A stretch of 64,000 nucleotides of DNA from NCBI RefSeq assembly GCF_035594765.1, contig NC_085846.1, positions 12,325,190-12,389,189 on the forward strand, in the 5' to 3' direction. Each line of letters opens with the position of its first letter. Position 1 is the stretch's first letter. The stretch comes from Anolis carolinensis. Taxonomy: Eukaryota. The translations under genes and the position numbers were made by a program. This document shows positions 63,466-64,000 of the stretch, piece after piece. The notes under the pieces are model-generated. The model worked only from the letters and a program-made list of their open reading frames with translations, did no database searches and had not been told where the DNA came from.

Positions 63466-64000
63466 ACAAGGGCCATTTCCCACTGAAACCTCTTGTCTTA
63501 CTTCTGCTTTTTACATCTTTACTCTCTCTGCCTTTGTGCTTTGAAGAGATGTAGTGTTTGGAGGATTTTCCCAAAAGAAATGGGGTTAGAGAGAAGCTTA
63601 GGCCTAATCTCTTACTACCAAGAAATGTAGTCATTATATTTTTGTAAATAAATCTTTTGAAATTTTAAAGATTGAACTCTGCATCTTTGCCTCCTAAGCT
63701 CAAAATTCTTTTACAGCCACAACACTTCACCTTCTGCTTGCTATGAGCTGACTGCTCAGTTAAGTATTCTGTTTATGTTTTTGGATTTTGTTCTGGTTTT
63801 GGGAGATTTCCCTAACAGGAGGGAAGTTGGATTTTATTTTATTTTTTTGGTTCTCACTACTAGCGGGAGGGATTCTGGGAGTGGCAATCTAAAAGACAGT
63901 TCTTCCTCAAGTCCAGAGTGATTGCCACTTCTGAGTCTTCCTTGCCTAAAAAAACATGGCTAGGGATCCAAATTTTCCCACTCACTCTCTGAGCTGGGTG

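Overview
Squamate genomic DNA, very likely an Anolis lizard, judged from the Sauria SINEs, the Anolis-SINE2-like element and the Penelope, R4/Dong, RTE, CR1 and Vingi repeats. The region is homologous to human 16p11.2. Five protein-coding genes were rebuilt by hand with GT-AG splice sites and consistent phases: PRSS8/prostasin (+, 6 coding exons, 7103-29735, 368 aa, ~16 kb repeat-filled first intron); KAT8/MOF (-, 11 exons, 33206-40807, 474 aa, convergent with PRSS8); two tandem paralogous 9-finger C2H2 zinc-finger genes with no KRAB or SCAN domain (-, 46006-48799 and 51609-53706); and PYCARD/ASC (-, 3 exons, 57549-60600, 197 aa). A probable last exon of a further minus-strand gene lies near 61.6-62.2 kb. 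The rest is a dense, nested mosaic of SINEs, LINE fragments, hAT/Harbinger/Tigger MITEs and a Helitron. Best leads: (1) the ZNF pair, which differ at DNA-contact residues and whose phase-1 exons could be swapped or joined to the ASC pyrin exon; (2) decayed minimal hammerhead ribozymes in Penelope termini; (3) a ZNF143/THAP11-like motif shared by unrelated transposon families; (4) one retro-module sitting at different positions in two OposCharlie-like MITEs; (5) a GAS/ISRE/kB cluster at the ASC promoter. Repeat family names come from recalled consensus sequences, not database searches, and repeat boundaries are approximate.
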